Part shown: positions 26,923 through 37,800 of the stretch, piece after piece
Position numbering within the stretch: position 1 is the first letter of the stretch
Layout: each line of letters starts with the position of its first letter
IMG/VR virus record: IMGVR_UViG_3300008469_000001
Span: 23,922-87,921 of that record
DNA: 64,000 bases
Direction: 5' to 3' (one strand)
From: a virus
The notes under the pieces: generated by a model
Told to the model about the DNA's origin: nothing
Seen by the model: only the letters and a program-made list of their open reading frames with translations
Database searches by the model: none
Program-made: the position numbers and the translations under genes

Positions 26923-28527
26923 ATGATTAAAAGTAAATTACATAATCCAATAATTGCAAATAATTCACACATTGAAAATGCAGTTGTAGAAAAAGTAAAC
27001 TTAACAAATGAAAAAGTGTTCTCAGATTTGGGAAATGCAACACCAATCGTACCAGAAACTGGTAGAGTTTGGTTTAATACTGAATCAGGAACATTTAAAT
27101 TTGCTAATATAGGTTTAGGTGGAGATGGTGAAAATTTTGTAGATGAATTTTTATCTAAAACAGATTTAAGACCTCAAACAGTTGATTCAAAAGTTGATTT
27201 TAAAGATACTGTTAAAGTATTAAATACAGATGGAAGCGAACAATTAGTTATTGATTCTACAAGTAAAATTTTAACTATTGATAATTCTATCGCTGTGCAA
27301 GTAACAAGTGATAATATCACAACAAATGTTATTGGTAAAGTATCGGTGACAGATGGGACAAATGATAAAATTGTTGCAGATAATACAGCTAATTCATTTG
27401 ATTTAAATTATAATACTATAAACACATTAGGTCAGGATGTAAAGTTTACATCATCAAACTCTGTAGTTATAAATGATGGTGTTTCTGATAAATTTATTAT
27501 TGATAACAGTAGTGATAGTGTAACATTGAGTTATGCTACTGTAACTGCTAATACTACATCAACAACATTAAATGCAACTGATACAACTTTTAATGTATCA
27601 AATACATTAAAATTAACAGATGGGACAAATGATAAAATAGTTGCAGATAATACTAATAACGCATTAAATGTTACATATGCTGAAACTACTGTAACAGGTA
27701 ATGCAACAGTTGATGGTAATATGGTTGTAACTGGTGATTTAACTGTAGGTGGTCAAACTACTAAGGTTGATGTTGCCTCTGAAAGTATGGTAATCGCAGA
27801 TAATGTAGTTGTATTGAATAGTAATTTAGATGATACAGTTGATCCTAGGTTAGCATCTGCAATTGTTGATGGTACAGATGTAGATCATGATGCAGGTATC
27901 GCTATTAATAGAGGTAGTGAAGGTATTTTAGATTTAATTAAATGGTTAGAGTCAACTGATACTACTACAACTGAAACTTTAAAAGAAGGAACAGCAAATA
28001 TTTCTATATGGAATTATGAAGCTGCAACACCTGCTTATGAATTACACCAAATCATTGATGAATATACATTAGGTAGACAAGTTAATGGTTTGTCTGGTTC
28101 TGGTTGGGTTGGTTACGATGGTGAGATTGGAACTAATTATGCTAATGCAATTGGTGCAGGAGCAACAGATGGTGAAGCATCAGAATATGCATTTAAAATT
28201 GATGCCGGAAAGCTAGATGATACAATTGATCAAATTGTTCAAGAAATAGATACTGTTAAATTTGATGGTATGAATTCTGCAAGAGTTGGTGAAACACCAT
28301 CTGCTGGAACAGAATTTGTAATAACTCATAACTTAGGTACAGTATTTGTTGATGTCAAAGTTCAAAGAGAGGAAGATAGTAATTGGTATTATGATGTATT
28401 ACCGATTCAAATTATTGATGCTAATACAATTAAAATTGTTGCTACTGAAACAACAAAAATAAGATATATGATTTCTGCTATTCAAGGGTTTGATGTTAAT
28501 CAAGCAACCGAATTAACAATTTCTTAA
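26923..28527 (+). CDS. Putative tail fibre / fibre-anchoring structural protein
   Basis: 534 aa; GRVWFNT, repeated TDGTNDKIVADNT, one GDLTVGG..DNVVVLN..AGIAINRG..W module shared with the long fibre, C-terminal THNLG domain. Confidence 0.7.
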   Translation: MIKSKLHNPIIANNSHIENAVVEKVNLTNEKVFSDLGNATPIVPETGRVWFNTESGTFKFANIGLGGDGENFVDEFLSKTDLRPQTVDSKVDFKDTVKVLNTDGSEQLVIDSTSKILTIDNSIAVQVTSDNITTNVIGKVSVTDGTNDKIVADNTANSFDLNYNTINTLGQDVKFTSSNSVVINDGVSDKFIIDNSSDSVTLSYATVTANTTSTTLNATDTTFNVSNTLKLTDGTNDKIVADNTNNALNVTYAETTVTGNATVDGNMVVTGDLTVGGQTTKVDVASESMVIADNVVVLNSNLDDTVDPRLASAIVDGTDVDHDAGIAINRGSEGILDLIKWLESTDTTTTETLKEGTANISIWNYEAATPAYELHQIIDEYTLGRQVNGLSGSGWVGYDGEIGTNYANAIGAGATDGEASEYAFKIDAGKLDDTIDQIVQEIDTVKFDGMNSARVGETPSAGTEFVITHNLGTVFVDVKVQREEDSNWYYDVLPIQIIDANTIKIVATETTKIRYMISAIQGFDVNQATELTIS

Positions 28528-28552
28528 TAAAATTCCACTAAAAGTATAATTT

Positions 28553-28588
28553 AATACACCCATCAATTCATTGGTTGGTGTATTTTTA
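28553..28588 (+). terminator. Rho-independent terminator
   Basis: AATACACC..GGTGTATT stem followed by a T tract. Confidence 0.6.
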
Positions 28589-28672
28589 TATTCAAAAAAA
28601 TTAATATTTATACTAACAAACTTTTTTTCAAAAAAACACTTTTTCAAAAAACACATATTTTTACATTATACT

Positions 28673-28680
28673 TATAAATA
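28673..28680 (+). promoter_or_regulatory. T4-type late promoter for the sheath gene
   Basis: TATAAATA 45 nt upstream of the sheath ATG. Confidence 0.7.
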
Positions 28681-28725
28681 AAATTGAAAATAAAAAAACA
28701 ATCTTTAACTATAAGGAGAAATATA

Positions 28726-31296
28726 ATGTTAGTAGGTGTAGAAACAAAACTAATCGACAATTCACCATCATTTGTAGGTGGTGGTTCGAGCTTTATTCCA
28801 ACTATTGTAACATTCGCAAGCAAAGGTCCAGTAAACCAACCATATTTATGTGGTTCTGCTAGTGAGGCATTACAAATTTTTGGTGAAGCAGATTTAAGTA
28901 AAAAACAATATGGTATGTTCGCAGCATACGAATTTTTTAAACAAGGTTCAAGTGCTTGGATTGTTAGAGCTGGTGCGGATACTCCGGGCTTTGCTGAAAC
29001 AACAATCAAAGCTAGAGATGGTAAACCATTAATGACAATTAGAAGCAAAAATTCTGGTGAATTTTATAACTCATTTAGAATTGTATTCCAAGATATTAAC
29101 CCTATCAATTTTGATGGTGTTGTAACAATGCAAATCTTAATTGAAATGAAAAATCCATTAACTCCAGATGAGTGGGCAGAAACTGAAACTACTCCATTCC
29201 CAGAGTATATTCCTATTCCAGGAAAAAACAGATTTAATGTTGATTTTGCAACTCAAAGAGTTTATTCAGCAATTGATGATGTAGATCAAGTAAACCATTT
29301 TGGTGAATATTTATATGATGCAGTATCTGATTCTTGTATTAAACAAGTTAATGAAATTGTTAAAATGAATGAAACTGAAGATTTTATGTTTATTTTTGAA
29401 AGAGAACCTTTCACATCAACTATTGTAATTGAAAAATTAAAAGCACAAGTAAACTTTGCTGGTGGTTCAAATGCTATTGAAACTGCATGGGCACCAATCT
29501 TCAACTTAGCTGGATTTAAAAAATATGATGCTGCTAGAAGAGAATTTAGAGCTGAATCTGATTTATATACTATGGCTAAAAATGAGTATGTTCAATTACC
29601 AGTAAATGTACAAAAATATAACAAAGATAATAACATTTTAGTAATTGGTGGATTAACTACCAATGGTATAAAAAAAGAAGTTGTTTACCAAGATAAATTA
29701 GTTGATTGGGGAACATATAACAATGTAGATACTGTTAAAGGTTCTGTAGCATTTGCAACTGCTGAGCCAGTAGTAAGTAATCCAAATGTTGGAGATGATG
29801 CAACAGTAACACTAAGAGATAATGATGGTGTTGAAATTGATGTAAGAGTTGGTGATATTAGAGAATTTGTTATGCCATTAGGTGGAGATGTAAATACACA
29901 TAATTACTACTTAAATATTGATGAAGATAAATTCTTATTACAAGAGTTGTATAAAAAAGATTGTCCTCAAGTTGATGATGGACCTGAATCTTTACCTGCT
30001 ATTGATGGAACAGGTAGATATTATAATGTTACAGTTCAATTTGCAAATGCAATGGAAAAATTAGCAGAAATCATTGAAAAAATGAATAACATTAAAAAAG
30101 ATGTAGCGAACCAAGCATATAGAGTAGATGCATGGTCTCCAGGTGAATGGGGTAATAAATATCAAGTATCTGTTGATTATGATCCAGGTGTTGATGAAGT
30201 TACTATTCATATATTTGAAGAAAGAGGTGCTGAATTAGTAGAAGTTGAAAATGGTGTTTCTCAATCATTTAAAGCTGATCAATTAACATTTAAAAATGCT
30301 AAAATTTATATTGGTACACCAGTAGAAGTAGCAGTATCTAATACTTATCCAGTTAATGATGTTGATCCTGATACAGGTGCTGAACAACCTATGCCATTAA
30401 TGGGTGGTGCTGATATGTTTACTGATAAAGATTATAATAATGATCAAAAATTAGCTCCTTACATTGCTGGTTCAGTTGCACATCAAACTGGTGTATGGGC
30501 TGTATTCAACTTTGAAGAATTTGCATATAAAGCATTAGCTTGTCCTTATTTCTCACAATTTGGTATGGTAAGTGGTGAAATGGTTTCTATGGCAGAAAAC
30601 AGAAGAGATTTCCATTGTATTATTGACACACCTGATTTAATTGCTCCAGCAGCAGTTAATTGGAGAACAAGTGGTAATCATAATTCTAAATTTGAATCAA
30701 TTTATTTCCCATGGTTAATGAAATTAGATACTTATACTAAGAAAGTAGTTCCAGTTCCACCAAGTGGTTCAGCATTACAATCTATGGCATTAACTCAAAG
30801 GAATGGTAAAATCTGTGATGCTCCAGCAGGAACAACAAGAGGTATGATTTTTGATGCTGTTGCAGTATCAAAAGATATTAAATTATCACAAGTAATGAGA
30901 GATAGATTATATGGTATGGGTATCAATCCAATTGTCAAAGGTTTAACTACTGGTATTTGTGTTATGGGTCAAAAGACTACATATGCTAAAACATCTCCAA
31001 TGCAAAAAGTTGGTACAATGATTATGATTGAACAAATTGTAAGAGATTTAACTTTATCTGGTAAAAATTACTTATTTGATTTATCTGTTCCAAGTTTATG
31101 GAATACAATTCAAGGTGATTTTCAATCATATTTAAATACATATATAGCAAATGAGTGTTTATCTGAAGCTGAAGCGAATGTAAGTGCGGAATTTAACCCA
31201 CCAATCGTATTAGCACAATCTAAGTTAAATGCATTAGTTAGAATTAAACCAAGTCCTTATATGGAACATTTAATAATTCCGATTTCTTGTGAATAA
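28726..31296 (+). CDS. gp18: Contractile tail sheath protein (T4 gp18-like)
   Basis: VGVETKLID..KGPVNQP, AWIVRA, RRDFHCIID, IYFPW, VPPSG, APAGTTRG, RDRLYGMGINPI, MGQKT; ATG 28726 after AAGGAG. Confidence 0.93.
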   Translation: MLVGVETKLIDNSPSFVGGGSSFIPTIVTFASKGPVNQPYLCGSASEALQIFGEADLSKKQYGMFAAYEFFKQGSSAWIVRAGADTPGFAETTIKARDGKPLMTIRSKNSGEFYNSFRIVFQDINPINFDGVVTMQILIEMKNPLTPDEWAETETTPFPEYIPIPGKNRFNVDFATQRVYSAIDDVDQVNHFGEYLYDAVSDSCIKQVNEIVKMNETEDFMFIFEREPFTSTIVIEKLKAQVNFAGGSNAIETAWAPIFNLAGFKKYDAARREFRAESDLYTMAKNEYVQLPVNVQKYNKDNNILVIGGLTTNGIKKEVVYQDKLVDWGTYNNVDTVKGSVAFATAEPVVSNPNVGDDATVTLRDNDGVEIDVRVGDIREFVMPLGGDVNTHNYYLNIDEDKFLLQELYKKDCPQVDDGPESLPAIDGTGRYYNVTVQFANAMEKLAEIIEKMNNIKKDVANQAYRVDAWSPGEWGNKYQVSVDYDPGVDEVTIHIFEERGAELVEVENGVSQSFKADQLTFKNAKIYIGTPVEVAVSNTYPVNDVDPDTGAEQPMPLMGGADMFTDKDYNNDQKLAPYIAGSVAHQTGVWAVFNFEEFAYKALACPYFSQFGMVSGEMVSMAENRRDFHCIIDTPDLIAPAAVNWRTSGNHNSKFESIYFPWLMKLDTYTKKVVPVPPSGSALQSMALTQRNGKICDAPAGTTRGMIFDAVAVSKDIKLSQVMRDRLYGMGINPIVKGLTTGICVMGQKTTYAKTSPMQKVGTMIMIEQIVRDLTLSGKNYLFDLSVPSLWNTIQGDFQSYLNTYIANECLSEAEANVSAEFNPPIVLAQSKLNALVRIKPSPYMEHLIIPISCE

Positions 31297-31311
31297 CAAA
31301 ATTCTAATATG

Positions 31312-31341
31312 AAAAAAAGGTGAGTTTAACTCACCTTTTTT
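31312..31341. terminator. Bidirectional rho-independent terminator
   Basis: AAAAAAAGGTGAGT-TTA-ACTCACCTTTTTT between convergent genes. Confidence 0.8.
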
Positions 31342-31348
31342 ATTGACT

Positions 31349-31585
31349 TTACTTTGAAGACTTCTTAATTTCTTCACTTTCTTTTTCTCTTTGTTTAATT
31401 AATTCTTCGATCCAAAATTTTCTTTCATTTGGTGTCATCATCATAGTTTCGCTTCTTTGTGTATTCATATGATAATTCAATGCCCATATTTCAAATAAAA
31501 TATTATCATTTTGATTTTTTAGTGACTCGAGGACTGGAACTACATCTTTTGCTGTAAAGTTCTTCAGTCCTCTTCTGAGAAAAAA
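31349..31585 (-). CDS. -1 frameshift extension of the gp26-like gene (gp51 / gpE'-like second chaperone segment)
   Basis: 78-codon open frame starting exactly at the slippery T TTT TTC (31585-31579), preceded by an in-frame TAA; encodes ..EIWALNYHM..MMMTPNERKFWIEELIKQREKE. Confidence 0.7.
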   Translation of the reverse strand, partial: FFLRRGLKNFTAKDVVPVLESLKNQNDNILFEIWALNYHMNTQRSETMMMTPNERKFWIEELIKQREKESEEIKKSSK

Positions 31586-32355
31586 TTAGTAATGTCTACC
31601 ACAACATCAGTTTTCTCTTTGAATCCACAATTAGCACATTTTACATCTAAATCCATAACAGTACCAATCTTATTTACTTCTGTAAAGTGATCTATGATAA
31701 ATTTAAAATCTTTTGGATTTACTTGTTCCACCCATTGTGCAATAAATCTTTTATCTGTAACTGATTGTTTACCATCATCAGTTTCAACATCAACTCTTTG
31801 AATACAACTAACAATCTTGTCTAACTGTTCTGCAACATCATTGTCATTTGCTTTTTGAATTTCAACCGCTTCTTTAAAAATTATTGGAATCATATATATT
31901 TCAAAGTTCTTAAATTTTAACATAAGTTCATCAAAGCTATTTAACATTTTTATTGGTAATTTAGTGTAATCAACATTTAATTCATTTTCATGGTTGCACT
32001 CAGAACATGTCCAACTAACTTTTGTCATTTTACCATAAGTTAAAACCCTTGCTTGTAATAACATAGCTTCAACATCGGCTCTAATTAACAGTTCTGGTTT
32101 TTTTAAACCCAATATTGTATTTTTTAAAACAATCATTGGTGCTTTTAGTTCTTCAACTAATTTTTGATCTGTCCAAATAAGTTCATCTTTAGTTGTTAAG
32201 GCTCTAACTTGAACCATACCATCAGATGAAAGAGCACCTTGCTCAAAAATATCATCTAATACACCATCTTGGGCGTATGGAATACCTTTAGATGGTAATT
32301 TCATTTCGTAATATGTTGGTTCTTTTGACTGTAATAATGGATTATAATTACTCAT
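31564..32355 (-). CDS. gp26: T4 gp26-like baseplate hub / tail assembly chaperone
   Basis: YEMKLPSKG, VRALTTKDEL, ARVLTYG, two CxxC motifs (CSEC, CANC), C-terminal NFF. Confidence 0.8.
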   Translation of the reverse strand: MSNYNPLLQSKEPTYYEMKLPSKGIPYAQDGVLDDIFEQGALSSDGMVQVRALTTKDELIWTDQKLVEELKAPMIVLKNTILGLKKPELLIRADVEAMLLQARVLTYGKMTKVSWTCSECNHENELNVDYTKLPIKMLNSFDELMLKFKNFEIYMIPIIFKEAVEIQKANDNDVAEQLDKIVSCIQRVDVETDDGKQSVTDKRFIAQWVEQVNPKDFKFIIDHFTEVNKIGTVMDLDVKCANCGFKEKTDVVVDITNFFSEED

Positions 32356-32406
32356 ATATCTCTCCTGAATTAATTTTAGTACTTATTATACAATTAATAT
32401 ATGAAA

Positions 32407-32482
32407 TATTTATATTAAAAAAAGACAGAATTCTGAAATTTGTATAAATAAATAAAAAATAAAGGTTAATTCTTTATAAATA
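32407..32482. promoter_or_regulatory. Divergent T4-type late promoters
   Basis: TATAAATA on the - strand at 32407-32414 and on the + strand at 32443-32450 and 32475-32482. Confidence 0.6.
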
Positions 32483-32518
32483 AAATAAAGAAAAATGTAA
32501 ATCCCAAGGAGAATGATA

Positions 32519-33562
32519 ATGAAATTTGTTGAAATCGTAGAGACAGTAGAGAGTATTGAAAGTAAATTAGATACTTTATCTGAAGCAAAATTAGAATTGT
32601 TAGAAACAATTTTAGAAGAGGGTGCAGATATTGAATTTGATACAGTACACCATATGGATTATTTAATTGAGTTTGTTGATGCTCACACAGATGATAATGC
32701 AACAGTAATTGCTGAGTCAGTTGATTGTGGTACTGTTTTAGAGACTATTTTAGAGTCAGCTAGAAAAAACCCAACTGATATAGAAACATTTATTGCTGAA
32801 GCTATCGAAGCTGCTGGAGAAATTGAGATTGCTGAGTTAGATGATGAAACAGAAACAGCATCTGTGACATTATTATCAATTGTAACTAATACTTTAACAG
32901 AAATGTTAGGTGAAGAAGCTGTTGAAGCATTACCTGCTGAGATGGTATTCGATATTGTTTCTGAAGCAAAAGATTTAGATATTTCTGATGATGCAACTGA
33001 TATGAATTTAGTTGAATTAGTAGAAGAAATTTCTACAAAATTGGAAACAGCTATTTCTGAAGGTGTAATAGATTTAGATTCTGAAGATTATGAAACAGAA
33101 ACTTTAGCTGAATTCTTAAATGATTATGCTGATACAGAAGATTTATTAGAAGAAATGGCACAAGTTAATGAAGAAATTTTAGCAGAATCAGAAGATGAAG
33201 CTGGTGCAGATTTAATGAGAAAAGCTAAAGAAGCTACAACAATAGTTGAAGCAAAAATGGAAATATGTAAACCAAGTGATATGAAATGTAAACAAGAGAA
33301 AGCTAAAAAAGCTAAAGCTTACTTTGCTAAAAATGAAATGCCTGGTGGGGGAAAAGCAAAAGATTTTGCTATGGATAAAATTTCTGGTGACTTAGCTAAG
33401 CATGTTAAAAATGCTGCTAAAGCATCAAAAAAAGCTACTGGTAAACCACTTTCCAAAGAATATATTCAATATGTTTTAGTTCCAGGAATAATTAAAAGAA
33501 TGAGAATGAGAGGTATGAAATTAAAAGCAAAAGATATGAAGAAAAAAGCAGGAATGAAATAA
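32519..33562 (+). CDS. Acidic protein with basic C-terminus; putative prohead core / internal head protein
   Basis: Many L/I-x-E motifs, acidic ~240 aa then Lys-rich tail; late promoter; AAGGAG RBS (start 32513 or 32519). Confidence 0.6.
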   Translation: MKFVEIVETVESIESKLDTLSEAKLELLETILEEGADIEFDTVHHMDYLIEFVDAHTDDNATVIAESVDCGTVLETILESARKNPTDIETFIAEAIEAAGEIEIAELDDETETASVTLLSIVTNTLTEMLGEEAVEALPAEMVFDIVSEAKDLDISDDATDMNLVELVEEISTKLETAISEGVIDLDSEDYETETLAEFLNDYADTEDLLEEMAQVNEEILAESEDEAGADLMRKAKEATTIVEAKMEICKPSDMKCKQEKAKKAKAYFAKNEMPGGGKAKDFAMDKISGDLAKHVKNAAKASKKATGKPLSKEYIQYVLVPGIIKRMRMRGMKLKAKDMKKKAGMK

Positions 33563-33579
33563 TCCTAACTTTTTCTTTC

Positions 33580-33600
33580 TGAGAGAGAATTTCTCTCTCA
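33580..33600. terminator. Hairpin, putative terminator
   Basis: TGAGAGAGA-ATT-TCTCTCTCA. Confidence 0.5.
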
Positions 33601-33646
33601 ACCTTTCTTCAAACTCTACAATAAATAAAACAAAGGAGAATTTGTT

Positions 33647-34318
33647 ATGATTGTGAGAGTAAAACCCAAATTAGACCCCAAATTAAAAAAACTTTTTGAT
33701 AGATTACTCAACACAGAAGATAAAACTCTACCCCTGCACTTTAAATTCCTTAAAAATATGACATCAGAGTTGAGAGATCAGTTTATGGAATATTTCTCAT
33801 ATACTACAAAATATGACCTTAAAGAATACGAATTAGTCAAAAGAAGATTTAAGAATAATGAAAAACTGTTGATTGATAATATGCTGGATATTGTTACTGA
33901 TTATAAAGATAGTGAAATATGGAAAACAGATCAACTTAAACAAGTAAGAGGAATATATTTAGGGTCTATGTACCAAATCAAATATAAAAATTATCAACAT
34001 GATCCGTTTCCGTTGGCTTTATTTCTAAATACTTATGATAATACCCATCAGAATTTCCAAGCTATCAATTTGCATTATTTTGTTCCTCAATTTAGAACTT
34101 ATTTTATTGATAGAATCCTACAACTTAACAAACCTAGGATAGTAACAGATAAACCACCTATTTTAACTATGGATATGGTTAATACTATTATTCCTAATTT
34201 AGGTGTTGCATTCAGAAATTATAAAGCAGAAGAGATAAAGGTTATAGAAAAAATTAATCATTCTAGATGGAAAACCTATCTTGAAATTGATAGAAGAAAT
34301 ATAAAGATTAAAAAATAA
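33647..34318 (+). CDS. gp2: T4 gp2-like DNA end protector protein
   Basis: GSMYQIKY..HDPFPL..FQAINLHYFVP..FRNY resembles the gp2 core motifs. Confidence 0.7.
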   Translation: MIVRVKPKLDPKLKKLFDRLLNTEDKTLPLHFKFLKNMTSELRDQFMEYFSYTTKYDLKEYELVKRRFKNNEKLLIDNMLDIVTDYKDSEIWKTDQLKQVRGIYLGSMYQIKYKNYQHDPFPLALFLNTYDNTHQNFQAINLHYFVPQFRTYFIDRILQLNKPRIVTDKPPILTMDMVNTIIPNLGVAFRNYKAEEIKVIEKINHSRWKTYLEIDRRNIKIKK

Positions 34319-34387
34319 CTTCTTAATATAAAAAACACAATTTTTTGAATAAATAGAATAAAGAAACTATTTTTAAGGAATATTATT

Positions 34388-34867
34388 ATGGGTATATTTA
34401 ATAAATTAAAACATATGACAGGATTTGATGCTCAAAGAAATGAAGATGGTAAGATTATTGATATTAAAAAATGTCTTATTGAAGTTAAAATGAAAAAAGC
34501 TGAATTTATAATGTTAGCAAAATACTATTATAGAGGACATACTTCATACTCATCATATTATAAATTTGTATACCTTAAAAGAGTTAAAAAAATTATTGCT
34601 ATTATGGATGCTGCTAAGAAAAAGGCTGATAATGGTTGTGCTATGGATGCAACTTATATTAAGTTTTATTACAATTCTACACATTTTATAGAACTACCTT
34701 TTGAGGTATTTGCTGATAAGAGAAATATGAATATCAATATTAGAAATACTAAAAGATGGAATGAATTAAATATAAAGAGAATTTTAAAATTGTATCCTGA
34801 TTTTATTGAATATGAAAAAAGTTTAATATCGGAAAATGACATCATCTCAATATTAGAAATTGACTAA
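34388..34867 (+). CDS. Hypothetical protein
   Basis: 159-aa ORF with AAGGA RBS and AATAAATA upstream. Confidence 0.6.
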   Translation: MGIFNKLKHMTGFDAQRNEDGKIIDIKKCLIEVKMKKAEFIMLAKYYYRGHTSYSSYYKFVYLKRVKKIIAIMDAAKKKADNGCAMDATYIKFYYNSTHFIELPFEVFADKRNMNINIRNTKRWNELNIKRILKLYPDFIEYEKSLISENDIISILEID

Positions 34868-34878
34868 AATAGGATCAA

Positions 34879-37800
34879 ATGATGAGTAATTATAATGATA
34901 AGCAGGGTACAGCAACACCAGAAATTATGGCCGCAGAATATAAGGGATTATTTTCTAAAATACAAGAATTAGCTAAGGCTCAAAAAGCAGAAACATTAGA
35001 TATTAGTTCTGATGCTGATATTCTAAAAGAAATATTAACTCAAAAAATTGATGATAATGCAGAAACAACAAAAACTATTTCTGATGAAATTGGTACTCTA
35101 TTAGGTGCTAATAAAGTTAGTGATAAAGTTGGTTTTGTTAAAAAAATTCTTGAAAAAATAACTGATGAACAATCAAAAGAATTATATGACAAATTTAATG
35201 AAAGAGATACATCAACACAAAATATAAATATAAAGGACTTTGTTGATGATGTAGTCAATGAAATTCAGAAAAAATCTGATAATACTCCATCTTCTAATCA
35301 GGTTGAAAATGTTTTTGATGCCGAAATAGGTATGTCTTTTGATAGTGTTAGTGAAGGTTTCAGAAGTGAAACAGAAAATGTATTTAATATTTCTGATGAT
35401 GGTAAAACCATTGAAATAACAGACAAAGATGCTGCTTATGCACATGCTGGTGATATAGCTGAAAAGGCGTATGCAGAAATAGAAGAAGCTGATGCACAGA
35501 AAATAAAGTTACAAGAAGAACTTAATAAAACTTCTGATGATGATTTAGAAGAACAAAAAAGAATAAGAGCAGAGATGGAACTGCTTACTAAAAAATCACA
35601 AACTGCAGAAAAAATACTATCAAGTGTACAAGGACTTGATAAGACACAGATGAAATCAGATCAAGCAGGAAAAATTAATGGAGCAACTAACAAACAAGAA
35701 ATAAAAAATCAACAAAAAATGGCTAAAGCTTCAAAAGAAACAATTGGAGCATTTGGCAGAATAGTTCAAGGTTCAACAGGATTTTCAACAGCACTTAGTG
35801 AAGCTAATCAAGCTGTAGGTGGATTAACAGATGCATTAGGTTCAGCAGGTGGGGCTTTAGGTGCCCACACTAGTACCCTTTCAAGTAATTTTTCAGGTTT
35901 ACAACAAACTGTATTGATGACTGGTGGTGTTCTTGGTATGTTTTTGGGAGCTATGACGCTTGCAACTACAGCAATAAAAGGTTTTTATGAAAAATTAGAT
36001 ATTGCTAGAGATATGGGACAAGGTGAAGAATTTGTTGAATCACTTAGAGGAATGGAATTAAATACCCTTCTACCACCAGATCAACTTAAAGCTATGTCTG
36101 AAACAATGTCTAAAAATTTAGGTATGTCATTAACAAACAATTCAAAAAAAATGGAAAGATTGGCTATCAAACAAAGAATGTATGAAAGAATGAATGGTAA
36201 AGAAAATGCTGCTCAAATGTTAGATTCTTTAGATTCATTAAGACATGTATTAGGTTCAAACAGTGCTGATGGAATGATGGCAGAATTATCAGCACAAACT
36301 AACTCGTTGGCTGCTACTTTAGGTATAAGCAATAAGTTAGCATTGGATCAAATAAAAAGATTAGCTGAGAATACAGAAATATTAACAAAAGGATTGGATA
36401 AAGATACAGCTGCAGAGATCCAAAAAGTTATGAAAGATGAATTTGCTGGATTATCCAAAGTATATGGTCAGGATGCTGCAGAAAGAATTACAAAAAAAGC
36501 AGCAGAGGCTATTTCAAGTAAGGAGAATGTTAGAAACCAAGCAAATAAGATGATACAAATAAAAGGTCTTGGTGGTAAAGGTGCGGAAAAGATAGATGAA
36601 ACAAGAAAAGAATTACATCTGAGTAAAAAAGATGTTAATGCTTTATATGCTAGAGCATCTACAATGGATTTCAAAGCATTAACACCAGAAGATCAAAAAC
36701 TATTGGAAAAATTATCTGTAGCCATGACAGAAGCAGAGAATATTACTGTACAAGATTTACAACAAAGAAAGAAAGAGATTAATGCAAAACTTAAAAAAGA
36801 TCCACAAAATAAAGCATTACAAACTGAGTTACAAGGTATACAAACTAAAATTCATTTAGCATCGAATATTGGACTTGAGGGTGATCAGGATGTAGCCAAT
36901 GCACTTAACACCATGTCTGTTAAACAAATTAATAAAATGGAAAAACAAGGAAAGGTTGAATCTGCACAAAGATTGGTTGGTAACACTGCCATGATAGAAA
37001 TAAATAAACTTATTGGTATGCAAGGTCCAAAAAATGTAAAAGATTCGGCAAAAATGCTCAAAGCATTAAAAGAAACTCAGATTGCAAAAGCAGCAAAAGA
37101 TGATCCAAAAAAACTTGAACAATATAAAAATACAAAACAGAGTTTATTAGCAAGTAAAGCTCAAAAAATGGGAATCAAAGATACAGATGGTAAATCATCT
37201 GAGGAACTTATAAAATTATTAAAAGAAAAAAAAGTTACATCTGCTGAAATAGAAAAAATAGACACTACAGCTTTTGCTTCAACAATTGGTCCAGCATTAG
37301 CTAAACAAATTAAAGATGGTAGGGAATCTGGAAAGGGAACAACAAAGATAGCAGGTGCTAAAACTATAGATAATGCTAAATTTAAAAAAGCAGATGAGGA
37401 TGGAACATTAGCGAAAAATCAGACTAAAGGTAAAAGTACACAATTGGAAAATGATCATGATAAGGCAGCTAGATTAGTTATTGAAGCAAATCAGGCTATG
37501 GAAAGAGGTGTTATGTCATTAGTTAATAGTGTTTTACCAGCTTTACATGATGCTCTTGATTGGGTAAAAGATAATTTTCAACTAATAGGTGCTATTCTAG
37601 GTAGTGTATTTGCAGCTAAATTATTATGGATGATAAAAGGACCATTAGGATTTTTAGGAAAAGGTATTATGGGTATAGCAAATACTATTGGTGGAGCAGC
37701 ATTCACTATTACTAAAGGTATCGCAAAAGGTATTCTAGCAGCACCCAAATTAATAATTTCTGGTATAAAAAATGGTATGTCTCTTCTTGGTAAAACATTT

